From: Camelus ferus
Taxonomy: Eukaryota
Reading direction: 5' to 3'
NCBI RefSeq assembly: GCF_009834535.1
Contig: NC_045696.1
Location: 92,320,001 to 92,384,000, forward strand
DNA length: 64,000 nucleotides
Shown: piece after piece, positions 1-13,244 of the stretch
Layout: the number at the start of each line of letters is the position of its first letter
Numbering within the stretch: the stretch's first letter is position 1
Notes under the pieces: generated by a model
What the model saw: the letters and a program-made list of their open reading frames with translations, nothing else
What the model was told of the DNA's origin: nothing
Database searches by the model: none
Made by a program: the position numbers and the translations under genes

Positions 1-1873
1 AGCACTTTCCACTTGTCAGGAGGGCAGATGAGACGGTTTCTGGAGTGAGGAATTTCTTCAACCATAACCCACTACCCCAGACCCCTCCAGCTCTGCACAG
101 GTGGGGAGACATTCTTTGTGTGAGTCCAGAACTTTGAACCAGCTAAATCCCAAATGAGGATTAAAAAGTAAAAGGAAACTGGGGGCAGTGAACAGTAGGC
201 TAGGAAGTGCTAAATTAGAGACAAACGGGGCTTTAATTAACACGGGGTGGGGGGGGGGGGGGGAAGGATGCTGAAAGACTGCGGACTGAGCCCAGCACGC
301 CGCGCGGCAGGACGGAAACGCTGCCTCTGTTCCCGCCCCTCTCCGTCACCTCGTCCTCAGATGCCCACGCTCTCCCGTGACGTAGAACTTTCCTTTGTTA
401 TCACAGAGCTGTCTGCTCAGCCCTGACTCTTCTGTTCAGTAGGATTCCATTTGCTCTCTTCCTTCCCTCCCCCAGCGCGTACAGCACAAGATCTGCTCAG
501 TGTTGCCAACTGGGAGAATAACAAAAAACATTGCTGCGTCTGCTGAGATTTCTTGAAAAACTTATGGGGATCCTCTCATGCGAGCTTCCAGACTAGTTCA
601 GGTTTTCATTTCCTTTCCATACTGGATGATTAAAAAGAAAAAAGTTGTTCCCCCCGCCCCACCATCTTTTAATCTGTTTTCTATTCCATTCATTCACCGA
701 GTGCCTCCCTGGCACCGGATGCGTAGCTCTCAAAGAACCTTTAACACACGGTGTTCCAGCTGCTGAGTCCCCGCCCTCCTGCCCCCAGCTGGGGAAGGCA
801 GAGGCTGCACCTGTCAACACCTCCCCTGCACCTAGCCCGGTGCCGGGGACGTGGCCGGTGCTCGGAGTTCTCTAACTCAACCAGATCGAACTGAATACTG
901 AAGTTGAACTTGTGACGCAGGCTCTCCGGCACAACTCACACAATAATTTACTGAAAATTTTGGTCACTCAAAACTTCATGTATGTTTTAACTTCTGAAGT
1001 GCTTTCTTTTTATTTTTTTTGCTTATCTTTAGGGGGTAATGGCTATGAAGCAATTTCGAATTCTAGGTTTCCTCATTCAACTCCCTGTCAAGTAAAATGC
1101 TGTATAAACAAAAAAACTAAAAGTATTAAGAAAACTTCTGTACCAAGAATAATTTTTCCTCATGAAGAAAATCACTTATTTTAACTCATGTTTGATCCAT
1201 TAGCTTATCTAATTTGCATAAAACAAAAAACAAAACCACAAAATCCACTTGCCCTCACGTGTGCTCAGCACTGATAACTTTCTTGGCATCACTGTCTACT
1301 AAGAGTTTCTAGAGTAAAATGATAGGAGACACGAGTGAGAATAACACAAAAATAACAAGAAAAGCCCACAAATGTGCGTACGTGTAAAACAGAACATTTG
1401 GCTCTGCATTTTGAAAATGTTTTGAAAAAAGATGAATAAAATTCTGAATGATCCCTGTCTTAAGCTACAAAGAAAATTTAGGAAGTGTTTTAGGCAACAC
1501 CAATAGGGACAAGCAGATGTAAGAAATAATAGTGAAACAAAGAAATTATAGAGAGGAGATTAGAACTCAGTAGAAAATAAAAATTAAAGAAGGAAAACAA
1601 AACAAGAAGTTGGAGAATTTGAGGTAGTGGGGTGGAAGGTCACCAACAATTGCTTCAATGGTACTGATTATCTTTTCTTCATTAGAAGGTACTTGTGAAA
1701 CAAACATATGTGTAAACAGGGAACTTTGACTTCCTGTGGAATTTTATTCGGAATGTTACTGGGTTGGTGGTCCAATATGGTGCTGAGCTAGAGACAGGGA
1801 GGGTAGTTTATGTTGCAGTTCCACCACTGGCTTGGAACACGACAGGAAGGTACTGCTTTGAAATGTCTCTACT

Positions 1874-3024
1874 AATTAAAAGCAAAAATAAACAGATGGG
1901 ACCTAATTAAATTATAAGCTTTTGCACAGCAAAGGAAACCATAAACAAAACGAAAAGACAGCCTACAGAATGGGAGAAAATACTTGCAAATGATTCGACT
2001 GACAAGGGCTTAATCTCCAGAATATACAAACAGCTCATACAACTTAGTAACAAAAAACAAACAACCCAATCCAAAATTGGGCAGAAGACCTAAACAAGCA
2101 GTTCTCTAATGAAGACATACAAATAGCCAATAGGCCCATGAAAAAATACTCAATATCACTAATTATCAGAGAAATGCAAATCAAAACTACAATGAGCTAC
2201 CATCTCACACCAGTCAGAATGGCCATCATTCAAAAGTCCACAAATGATAAATGCTAGAGAGGGTGTGGAGAAAAGGGAACCTTCCTACACCGCTGGTGGG
2301 AATGTAGTTTGGTACAGCCATTATGGAAAACAGTATGGAAATCCCTCAAAAAACTAAAAATAGACTTACCATACAATCCAGCAATGCCACTCCTGAGCAT
2401 ATATCCAGAGGAACTCATTCAAAAAGATACATGCACCCCAATATTCATAGCAGCACTATTTACAATAGCTAAGACATGCAAACAACAATCCATCTAAGTG
2501 TCCAACAAGAGATGATTGGATAAAGAAATTGTGGTATATTTATATGATGGAGTACTACTCAGCCATAAAAAAGAATAAAATAATGCCATTTGCAGCAACA
2601 TGGATGAACCTGGAGATTGTCATTCTAAGTGAAGTAAGCTGGAAAGATAAAGAAAAATACCATATGATATAACTCATATGTGGAATCTAAAAAAAATAAA
2701 GACACAAATAAACTTATTTACAAAACAGAAACAGACTCACAGACATAGAAAACAATCTTATGGTTACCTGAGGGGAAAGGAGGTGGGAAGGGATAATTTG
2801 GGAGTTCAAGATTTGCAAATACTACTATATATAAAATAGATAAACAAGTTACTACTGTAAAGCACAGGAAACTATACTCAATATCTTATACTAACCTATA
2901 ATAAAAAATATGAAAAGGAATGTATGTACGTATGATTGAAGCATTGTGCTGTACACCAGAAGTTGACATGACATTGTAAACTGACAATACTTAAATTAAA
3001 AAAAAAAAGAAAAACAAAAAAAAA
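1874..3024 (+). mobile_element. 5'-truncated LINE-1 (ORF2 C-terminus, 3'UTR, poly-A)
   Basis: ORF2-like peptide VQPLWKTVW...[16 protein letters not shown]-rich tail; perfect 14-bp TSD GAAATGTCTCTACT at 1860-1873 and 3025-3038. Confidence 0.95.
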
Positions 3025-3419
3025 GAAATGTCTCTACTTTTGCTTTTCTTCCACTTGCCCCCAAATAATCTCACAAGGACAAATAAGATAGTCCCTCTAG
3101 AACTGATGACCATTCTTCTAGTCAATGCAATATAAGAAAGTGTTTAAGCATTCAGGAGCTGCATAACTAAGCACAAGTTACTTAACCTCCCGATGCCTCA
3201 GCTTTCTTATCTGAGATGAATCAGAGGCCTGACTTGGTCCAGAGCTGAGTTTTGGCAGGTTCAGGGGAATGGAAGGACTCTCTGTAAATGCTACATTTTA
3301 AGCTGAGGTTTTGGAAATGAAGAAACGCATCAAGAATGAGTGACATGAAGGAAGCTCTCTACTTTCCGGCAGAGGAGACCCCACCCTGGGTGCATGACTT
3401 GGAAGGAATCACATCAATT

Positions 3420-4235
3420 CCCATGGATTCAACAGCAATATTGAATTTAGGGTAATGATGGCCAAAATTATGCCTCCAGATCAGAGCACTCCTCTGAGTT
3501 CAGACACAAGAACCTCACTGTGGGTCTTATAGCTTACGTGTCATGCAGATATCTCAAACCTTACACGTCCAAAATAGAGCTCTTAATTCTTCCCCCAAAC
3601 CTGTTCCTTAATTCAGTAAGCACCACCATCTTCTCAATGACTTGGACCAGAAAGCAAGAAGCTGTTTCTCAGTCTCATGCCAATTCACCAGCAAGAAACA
3701 TAAATTCCATCTCCAATTTGTATCCCAACTCTAATCACTGCCTGAATGCTCTGCTGCCACCACCCTCATCTGATCACGAGTGTCTCTTGCCTGGATGGCT
3801 ACAGGAGCTCTCTGACTGGTTGGCTTCTTCTCCTGTACCCCTCCAAGCCATTCTCCCAAGCCAAGGTCTTTCCCAACCCATGATCTTTGTATATGCTGTT
3901 CCCACTCTCAGGATGCTTTTCCTCCCACTCTTGACTATCTCCTCATTTTGAGACTTCAGCCTAAATGTCACAGCTTCAAAGAGCCCACCCTGATCACTCT
4001 ATCTGAAGAAGATCTCCTCTCATCTATTATATCTCAATTCCTGGTTTGCTTATTTTATAGTTCTTACTACCTCCTTGTATCTTTTTATCAATGTGTTTGG
4101 TTTTGTTTGTGACTCGAGGACAGAGGCCCTATGTGTCCCATTCTCCTTGTCTCCCCAGTATCTAGAACAAGGTCTGACCCTTGGGAGATAGATGGCCCAT
4201 ATACATTTCCTGAATAAAAGTGATTGAAGAATGAA
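3420..4235 (+). mobile_element. LINE-2 3' fragment (degenerate)
   Basis: L2-like motifs (atctcaaaccttacacgtccaaaatagagctc; aaatgtcac...ctgatcactct) ending in a gaatgaat-type tail. Confidence 0.7.
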
Positions 4236-6780
4236 TCAGAATCCTCTTAACCGATTCCTCCCTCTGTTTCTGGTGTCATTGACTCTGCCCTGTCAGATCC
4301 ATACTGCACCTATTTTAAGAAATTCCAGTGGAAACCTCACGGAAGCACCAAGTTAGTTTAAAGTATACAAAGACATGAATCTTGAGAAAATTTAAAGATC
4401 ACAAATTTAAAGAGCTAAAAAATAACGTCTGGAAGAAAAATACCGCTCAGAAATGATGGACAAGCTCTCCCAATTAGTTGTTTTGTGAGTCTATGCAAGA
4501 ACTTGATAGCTGAGAGTTTCCAGATTCTTTAAGTGGTGTTTTGACTGATCTCCTCACAGAGACAATAAAACACTATAACGGATGCATTTCTGTACATAAG
4601 GCGCTAACTGGTGGATGACTTGCTTATGACATGACACCAAACGAGCCCAATTCTATTGATTCTCTAGCTACTTCCGGTGAAGCAGGTTCTCACTGGTGAC
4701 AAATCCATGTAAGACAGAGGTGTCTTCTCAGTCTGAAGGAGTCTGCAGAGGGCTCCTTTCCTCCAACAGCAAGTGCCAGGGCCCCAACTCTCCTGTCAGG
4801 GATGATTCCTAGGGGCTGAAAACTGCGATTTTCAGCTGACTTAGGTGTGACCAGTGATCTCACTTCTCCTGGGATTCTTTCAGCCCTGGGTTCCCTGTGT
4901 TTCTTGACTCTAGAGTTTTCTTTGCCACACTGCACATTTTGGGTCCCACTTTTCATCTGGTACTTGAGGGTAAACTTCTTTTACTTTGTCTTTTAAACTT
5001 ATTAAATTTTATGTTACTTTTTTAATCGTATGGATAAAAGATGAATAAAGAGAAGATTCCTATTTCAGGATTATTTTTCTTCTTTATGTATTATGCCATA
5101 GAGACTCTTATAAGAAAATAATATCGTTTAAATTCTTCTCTCTTGCTCCCTCTTCTTAAAATATCTCAATAAGAGAGATGGGTTTATTCTAGCACTCTGA
5201 TCATTCACACGCTTTAAGACAGTGGCATGCTGACAAGAACAGAGTCAGGCAGGCAAGATGCCTGAAAAACATCTGCTGAAAATTCATCTGCTGAATTAAT
5301 GTAAGGGCTATAACTGGGGGGAAAACCATGTTTTCATAACATTAATCAGCTTCTGCATTTTTCCTAGAGCTCTTCATATCTGACTACTTAATTTTTGAGG
5401 ATGATCATAGCTAGCATTGGACATACTGTGGCTTACTGGACTTATTATAAGAAAGATAATCTACATATGTTACTTCCTTTAATCCTTACACAAACTCCGA
5501 GGCTTACTCTACCTGTTTTTTAGAAAAGAAAATGGGTATTTAGTAAGATTTCTCCCGATTATATAGCTTTGAAGACACAAAGTCATGATCTGAACTGAAA
5601 TCATGATCAAAAATAAGTTCGGAGCCTTTCCTACCACGCCCCACACTGCTTGGTGACGTGTGGCTCTTCCTTATTTGTTGGAGAGATGACGTTCCTGCTG
5701 ATTTACTTCTTCATGGACTTTAATGTGACCACGTGTTGTGGACCACTTGTCCATCAGCACCTCATACACGACAAGTTCCATGATTTCCTCTGAGCGTCTC
5801 TCTTACCGGTTCAAAAATAATGAAGTGTAGAGCTTAAACTCTGGTTGATTTGCTTTATTTCCTTCAGGTGTCTGCAGTAAGAGCTTTTTGCTAATAACTA
5901 CTCCAGACCATATAATTAACTAACCATATGAACATGGAAAATTTATGTATCAGACCATGACAGACACAAATAACCTTGCTGTTATTTCAGGTCATGGAAA
6001 CGCTGAATGTTCATTTAAGTCAAGCTTGCTCTTGTTCCTTCAGAACAATGAGACGGCGCCAACAACTAGGCTGAGCAGAACTGGGTTTGTTTCAGTTCAG
6101 TTAGCGCTGCGGTGAGACACGGCTCGGGGGCACAGTGTGAGATATCCTCATTGATTTAGGTCCCTGTACCTTTTCTTCCTCTTTTTTCTTTCCCCTTCTT
6201 TCCTGTAGAGGCTGGAATTGATTATTATTCTTTTCTCTGTTTCTAATTCAAATTAGGGTTGGTAGAGACTATTCTAACACAGAACTTCCAAATTAGTTGG
6301 TAAAGAATTTCTGCCTCGAGTTCTTCCCAAGTGCCCCAACCCCCACTGTCCCTGCTACTGCCCTGTCCATCTGTCCCGACTCTCCTGCAACTTAATGGCC
6401 AAAACCTACTCCAGCAGTAGGGCCAGCTTATCAACCCTGCTTCCAACACAGCTTGTTCCAGCAAAACATAACAAGACAATTTTTCACATTTCCATTACCT
6501 TGAGACTGGGGATCTCAAATGGAACATTTTCAAACTAAAACGTTTTTGTTTTGTAGCCCATAATGTAACATGTTAACAACAGAGATACAAATCCATAAAT
6601 CTGTTTTAAATTCAGGTTTCATAATCTCAAATTCCAGGGTCCTTCAGTTTCAGTGAACTTGAGTTTTTCCTTGTGTTAATATTAGAACTAAACAAGTAAG
6701 GGATTTCTTTATTTTCAATTGTACGATAAAGTTAGAGAATTAAGGACCATAATTTAAACAGTAAACCAAATTGAAAGGCA

Positions 6781-6839
6781 ACGTTAAAACTGGTACATTT
6801 ATTTCTAAAACGTTAAAACTGGTACATTATTTCTAAAAC
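6781..6839. repeat. Tandem duplication of a 29/28-bp unit
   Basis: acgttaaaactggtacatttatttctaaa followed by acgttaaaactggtacattatttctaaa (one T indel). Confidence 0.95.
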
Positions 6840-7604
6840 ATCATTCATTTCTTTAGCCCTAAAACAAACGTGATGAATATGGTGATTTGTTTTTCCCCCT
6901 TGTCACTAGGAAAAGGAGAATTACAAAGCCTCCTGAATCAGATCCACTGATGCTGAACGCTGAACACAGCATGCAGTTAAAGTACAAGTGAGCAAAACAA
7001 ATTACGCTATTTGTACGTTGATACCTCTCATTCCAGAAAAGATTTTAGGCAGCTTACTGTTTTGTTAGCGGGAGGCAGGGGGAATGCTTAGGAACAATTT
7101 GATTTGAGTTGGTTCAGCCTGTTTGGAGCGTGAGCAATGGGAGGAGGGGCACATCCTGAGGCTGGGGGTAGAGTGGGGCATGTATGTGCTCGTCTGTGCC
7201 CAAGGACAGCGGATGGAGAGTGTTTGCAGTGACCAGAAAAACAGGGTGGCAGGTGCAAAACTTTAGACCAAATACATCTTTTTGTTTAACCTTCAAACTT
7301 TTAAAATTCTTTAATGACCTATGGCACACTCTACCTTTAGCATCACCTGTAGTATTGGTGGTGCAGAGTTAAAAAGAAATGGAGATGTAAAAGGAAGTCT
7401 GGCTTCCCCCAAGGTCACACTCTATTTGAAATTCCTGTTTGTTGAGAATAGGGTATTATTGAGGGCACTTCACCAGGAGTTTCGGTGGGGTCCCTCGGGG
7501 CACTGCGGGTGGCATAAGCTCAGCTGTGAGCATGGGGTTGCGTGGGGGCGGGGAGCAGCTGCCAGGGGGTGGCCCTGATGTGGGGTAAACCGTTCCCGAC
7601 TTAC

Positions 7605-7875
7605 ACTGCGTGATATTTTACAAGTTGACAGCTGTGACCCATTAGTTTGTCATAAAATCTATTTTAAAGTTCACTTCTAGTATTTTTAAGCAGGATAAAA
7701 TGGCATGGAATGGAATAGACTAGAAATAGCAGGGCTCAGAGTCCTTCCTGTATGCAATGATAATTACTCTTTTGTGAACCTTGGGTCTGTGGTATACATA
7801 TGTATATGTATTGATTTGTAGTGGAAAAATGTATTTCTTTCTATGGTTATGGCCAAAGACTTTGAGGACCGCTGG
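7605..7875. mobile_element. Ancient hAT-Charlie-type MITE (MER112/MER113-like)
   Basis: gtgacccattag...aaaatgtatttct...aagactttgaggaccgctg resembles hAT MER internal and terminal motifs. Confidence 0.45.
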
Positions 7876-9804
7876 ATTAAATTTCTTTGCAAAAGAATAA
7901 AAAAATAAATGTTATTGGACACAGTCTATAGGTGCAGCACCATGTGAAACCATGAAATAGGCCACCGGGAAGAGAAGCCACAAAGCTTAGGGACTGGTTG
8001 GGCGGTGAAAAAGTCATGAAAGGAGTGGAAGGGATGACAGCATATATACCGATGTTCAATGGGATCAATCAGGCTTTAATTGCAGGACAGATTCAGAGGA
8101 AGACAGTGTGGTTAATGTGGTGAGAGCTGAGCTCACCACCAGAGCTTTTTCTTGGTTCTCACCCAAAACTTGGCATGAGTCTGATGGGTTTATGGGCTTA
8201 AAAAGAACTTGACCCACAGTCTAGACATGATTTTTATGTTTCCTTCTTTGAGAGTCAACAACTTTCTACCAGATTTCAACCCTGTGAATTATCCATGAGT
8301 ACAGGTATGTTACCCTAAGAGAAACTAACATGTACATGTTAAATATACATCTATAAATAGTGACTTTAGAAAATAAGGTTTTGTTTTCCTTGTATGGTCT
8401 AGTTTATAAGTGCATTTCAAATGATTAAACTTACCATAAAAATATGCTTACATGTAAAAATATGCTACAATTTCCAGCATATCGTGTAAAGGGAGGAAGG
8501 TCCCTTTTCATTGATAATTATTTGATAAGACCAAGATTTCTAGTACTCACCTTAATTTGGGGCGGTGGGTAGCAGCAGGGGCGGGGGCATTAGGAGAGTC
8601 TACCGCTCTCAGTAAGAAACAACAACAAGAAAAGTGAGCTATTCTGCTATTGCATGCCAGGAAGATGCAACTGCTGTCTTGGCAGCAAAGATGGACAATA
8701 AAGAAATAGCAATAAAGGTCTGGGCAGGCACCCAAATTATAAAACCCATTTCCTCTCCTCACACTCACTGACTCGGCCTATTAGTTGAGATCATCGCAGG
8801 CCCATTGAAGCTGCAGGTAATTCTGCCTGCAAGGCCCCTGCCTGCGTTGGCTGTTGACTTCTGATAGCTTCGTCCAAGGGGGCAGGGAGGACATTCCGGC
8901 TGGAAATGGGAGGGAGGCACCTGGAACTCTCAGGAGAGATGCTTCCCACAGGGGATGGCAGATTGTGGTGGTTTTTAAACACCCCCCTTCCTCTGAAAGA
9001 GGTGTCGAAAGGGCTGATGGTTGACAATTTTTCCTCCTTTTCAGAAGGAATCCTGAGTCACTGCTAGCAACGTTAGAGATTTTAATTTTTTAGCTTATCC
9101 AGAGTCAGTTTCTATTGACTTTTTCCTTTTACTTAAACTGAATGCTAGTCAAGATGGGCTTTTCCATTGCGCCCTAGTGAAGGACATTTGGAGTTGCACT
9201 GAAATCTAGGCAACAAGATACGTATGATTCTTTTGTGGGTCCCTCAGAAATGCTTCAGTTTCTACTATTAAGAAATAATGCCTCCCCCAATTACCTTTGA
9301 TACAAACTGTGGTAATACACCACACTTTAACTTCAGAAATTGTTTTTACATCCACAATCATATTTGATGTTTATGATCAGCCTGAGAGAAGTCAAGCAGA
9401 TGTTAGTATCCACCATCACAGAGGAGAGGAAGGAGACAGAAACTGGAGAGGACTTTCCCTCATCTGACTGAGCAGCAGAAAGATGGGGAATGAACCAGCA
9501 TCCCCTTTGTCTAGGACTCACATGGATGGAGGACAAGCCACCATGAAATCAGAGTGAGGCTTGTTGTCCCTGTCCCTGTGAGGTCTTCACTCTGAGACCA
9601 GATCCTGTAGGTCTCAGAGGCACAAAAGCAAGAGAAGACACCCTCTCTGGGGCAGGTCTCCAGCTGCTCCTAGGACACTGGGTGGCACATGCCCTGCTGC
9701 CTGCCTGGACTGAAGGTCAGTAGATGGACACAGGTGTTACTGTTCCTAAAACAGGCTGGTCTTTTGGCTGAATTGAAGTGGGCAGAGTTGTGGGGAGAGG
9801 CCAC

Positions 9805-10020
9805 GATAACTTAGGCACCAGAGCCATGGATCTGAAGTTCCAACCTTGGCCCTGTCACTTACTACCTGTGAGGCTTTGGGCAGCTCACTTCACCTTCTGA
9901 GCCCCAACTCCTGTTCTGTAAAATGGGTTAATAGTCATCATCTAGGGTCATTGTAAATATCAGAAATTTCGCACGTAGTAGGTTCTTAAATAATTGGGGG
10001 GAGGGTGTTATTACTATTTT
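9805..10020 (+). mobile_element. MIR SINE
   Basis: Core cacttactacctgtgaggctttgggcagctcacttcaccttctgagcccc...ctgtaaaatggg. Confidence 0.8.
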
Positions 10021-11179
10021 CTTGGGCCCCAACTGGGGCATACTACTTTTGGAATAAATCCTATTGCTATCAACTTTATTATAAGATGTAAATAAGATAG
10101 TCTTTATGTTCCAGGGTGTCAAAAAAGACTGGCTATAGAGCAAAACATCACTAAATATTTGCTAAAATAGAGATACCATGCTTCTACCTGAACTATAACA
10201 TTGAGGCCCTTGTTCTTACTTTCTTGGGCAAAACTTCACAATCATTTAGTGTAAACCAGCCCCCAGTCGCTCATATCCCTGACCCTCAAAGCCTAGGTCA
10301 GGTTCCTGCCTGCGTCTCCCCTTCTGAGCTGTCTCTGGTCCCCTCATTATGCCCCATCCTGGGAATAAGTTCCCCTTCCGGGAATTTCTATTTAGATTGT
10401 ATCTTCTCTAAGGCGTGGGTTGTAAGTGTTGGTGGGTTTTTGCTGGTGATGTGGTGATCATCGTCAGGGGACCCAGGGGTGCCGGATCCTGCCCTGTGGC
10501 ATCTGCCGACCCCCCCACAACCTCATGAGGCACCAAGGGAGATACACGCACGGACGAGGACGCACTTGCGATGAGCAATGAGCAAACTGCTCACCGCCGC
10601 CAGCTGGGGACCGTCCCGGAGCAGAACCACGGGGAAAGGATAGCGATCTAAAGGGTCTGTGTTTGCCTCCTTACGTTCAAACCTGAAATTTGCCACACTC
10701 TGAAAGGCTTAATGAAGTGAAAGGAAGTGGAAGCGCCAACAAAAGTCTAAGACGACTGCCTTCTCAAGTGAAAGTGGGCCATCTCCTTTCAGCCTCGAAG
10801 GGAGAGAAGAGTGCTGGGCCGGTATGCAAAACCTTTGAACACGCAGAACCCTGCCCACTAGCAACCCGGCGGACCTGACCTAATTCGGGTGTCCTGGAAC
10901 TTGATCAGTCAGAGCTGGGACTCCCTCGGGGGCGGTGGGGAGGCACGGAGGTGGGGGCGTGGGGACGGACCGCCCTCCCTTGCCGCAGGCCGACGGCGCA
11001 TCTCGCGGGGGCTCACTCGGCCTCATTCGTCGCCGGTACACACGTCCTCTCCCAGCCAGATTCTAAGCTTCCTAAGGATGGGATCTGCTGTTAGCTCATC
11101 CTGAACAGTGTTTGGAACAGAGAAGTAGGCAATACTTTGAATGTGGAACAGGATAAAGAAAGAAAACTGGCATTTTTCA

Positions 11180-11390
11180 AACACACGCTATGTAGCTCTG
11201 CCAGGCACTGAACTCTCACTCTGATTCTTACAACGCTCGTTTAAGATAGGAGTTGCTGCTCCCCTTCCACACGTGAGGCTGAGTGGTTTACCTAACGTTA
11301 CTAGTGACAAATACCCAGTGGAGGGGGTACGGCTTGAACCCAAATTTGCCTAACTCCAAGGCTGTGCTCTTAACGCTCACCACGCTGTCC
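11180..11390 (-). mobile_element. MIR SINE (degenerate)
   Basis: ccaggcactg...attcttacaac...gaggctgag...ttgaacccaaatttgcctaactccaaggctgtgctcttaac. Confidence 0.6.
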
Positions 11391-13244
11391 TAGAAGCTCC
11401 CTAAATTAGGGGGAATGTACCAATGATCACGTATGCACGCACGCACATGTCATGGGACATAGTGCCATGACCACAGGGCATGCACAGAGCTGGATGTGCC
11501 ACAGCTCTGAGCCGGGGGGGGGAATGCGTTAGTGAAGGCAGTGTCCCCTGGTGCCGCTAGGCTCCCGAGGAGGAAGGGAGAAGAGGAAGAAGGAAAAGGA
11601 AAGGGAAGGAAGGGTGAGGGAAGAAGAAAAAAGGAGGACTGAGGGGATGAAAGACAAAGACAGGAAAAAAGAAAAACAGTGGCCAAGAAAGTGAAAGCAA
11701 GTCAAACATATTATTCAGCTCTCTTGACTCCGATAAGAAACGCTCTCACCTCTCCTGATAAACAGCTCTAAAGCCACCCACCCCCTATTCTTCAAAACAG
11801 CAAGCCCCCTCCCCACAAACTCCCCACCTCAGTGTCCCCAGATGATGATTTACTTCCAACTCATCTCACTGATATCTAACAAAACTTTGTTTCTAGAGAA
11901 GGAGTCTGATGTCTTCAGGCAGAAGTAAACAATTTGTGCATCTAAATGCCATGTGAATTATGCTCAAGTTAGTGATACTGGTAGCAAAGGTGAAAAAATG
12001 AGGCCGTACTGGAGACAATAACAGTCGTAATTTAAGACACTGATTTTTACTTGCATGTGCATTTTGTCACACTGCAATAGCATTCTCACTGGCGCTTATG
12101 TCCCATTCTCACACAACCAGTGGTTATAAACATATACTCTAATCTAATCTGCATTTATCACAGACTTTTAGCTTTGCAGCTGTGGTCCGTGGATAGGTCA
12201 TGTGAAACTTGCTTACGGACCTGAGTATGACTGAGTTGTGATGCGTGAGCTTACCGCACCCCACAGCTGGTTCAGCTAACTGGGCTGCCCAGTGGGTGTC
12301 CTTCCCTGCCCACTCTCTGTATTTCTTTCTCAAGGTAAAGACTTGTTCAAAAGAGAGAAAAATCCCCAAGAGAAGACGACTGAGCTACAAGAGCTCTTAC
12401 AATCTTCATAAATCATGTCCTGGTTTAATCTCTGGAAATTCACCAGGGTCACATATGTACAAATACATGACTCTAATTTTTCATCACTACAAACATCAGC
12501 AACCAAATGTCCTTAGTCGGTGCCATCCTGAACATGTAAAAGTGACAGATCATCAGACTTAAGCTCAAAATTCTCTTTCAAGTTTCTGCCCAGAGTTTCA
12601 GTCTGTAGGTGAGCTTAAAAAAATCTTGGTAATTGCTCCTTATCAGTCCTGAAACTAATTCAATAACAGCCAAGATTTTAGCATTATGGTTAGCAGTATT
12701 GTTCCTCTTAAATACGTTCTAGATTACAAAAATTAAATTAGACATATGGTTATAGTTCCTTGGGTTGTCACCAATGTTTCTGATATTTTGCTTCCAAGTA
12801 GATAACCACAAATCAATCTCATAAAAATGCCATCTCACAATAAAATGTAAGATGCACAATGTTGGCCAAAGGGATATCAAACTATGATTTTCATAACCGT
12901 ATGATAAAAAAAAAAACTCCCAAAACAAAAACAAGAACAAAAATCTAATACGGCTTTATAGCATCCTACTTGGACAGATCATATTCTATTTTTTAAAAAA
13001 GGCTTTTGTGTTCTTTTCATATCTAAGCAAAATTCTGGTTCATTAGCTAATGTTTTATAATGCTCTCACGTTACAAAATACCAAACAAATGAAATGCTGG
13101 CAGTGAAAAGGAAAACAGAAACTCTTTCTTGAGGTATCTTGGTGTTAGCTGAAAATGATGGGTTCCAAAGCCTGGAAATCTTAACTCACTATTCCTTCCT
13201 TACCTGGAGACCCAGAAAATGTCTGGATCTTGATGAGTTAGTGC

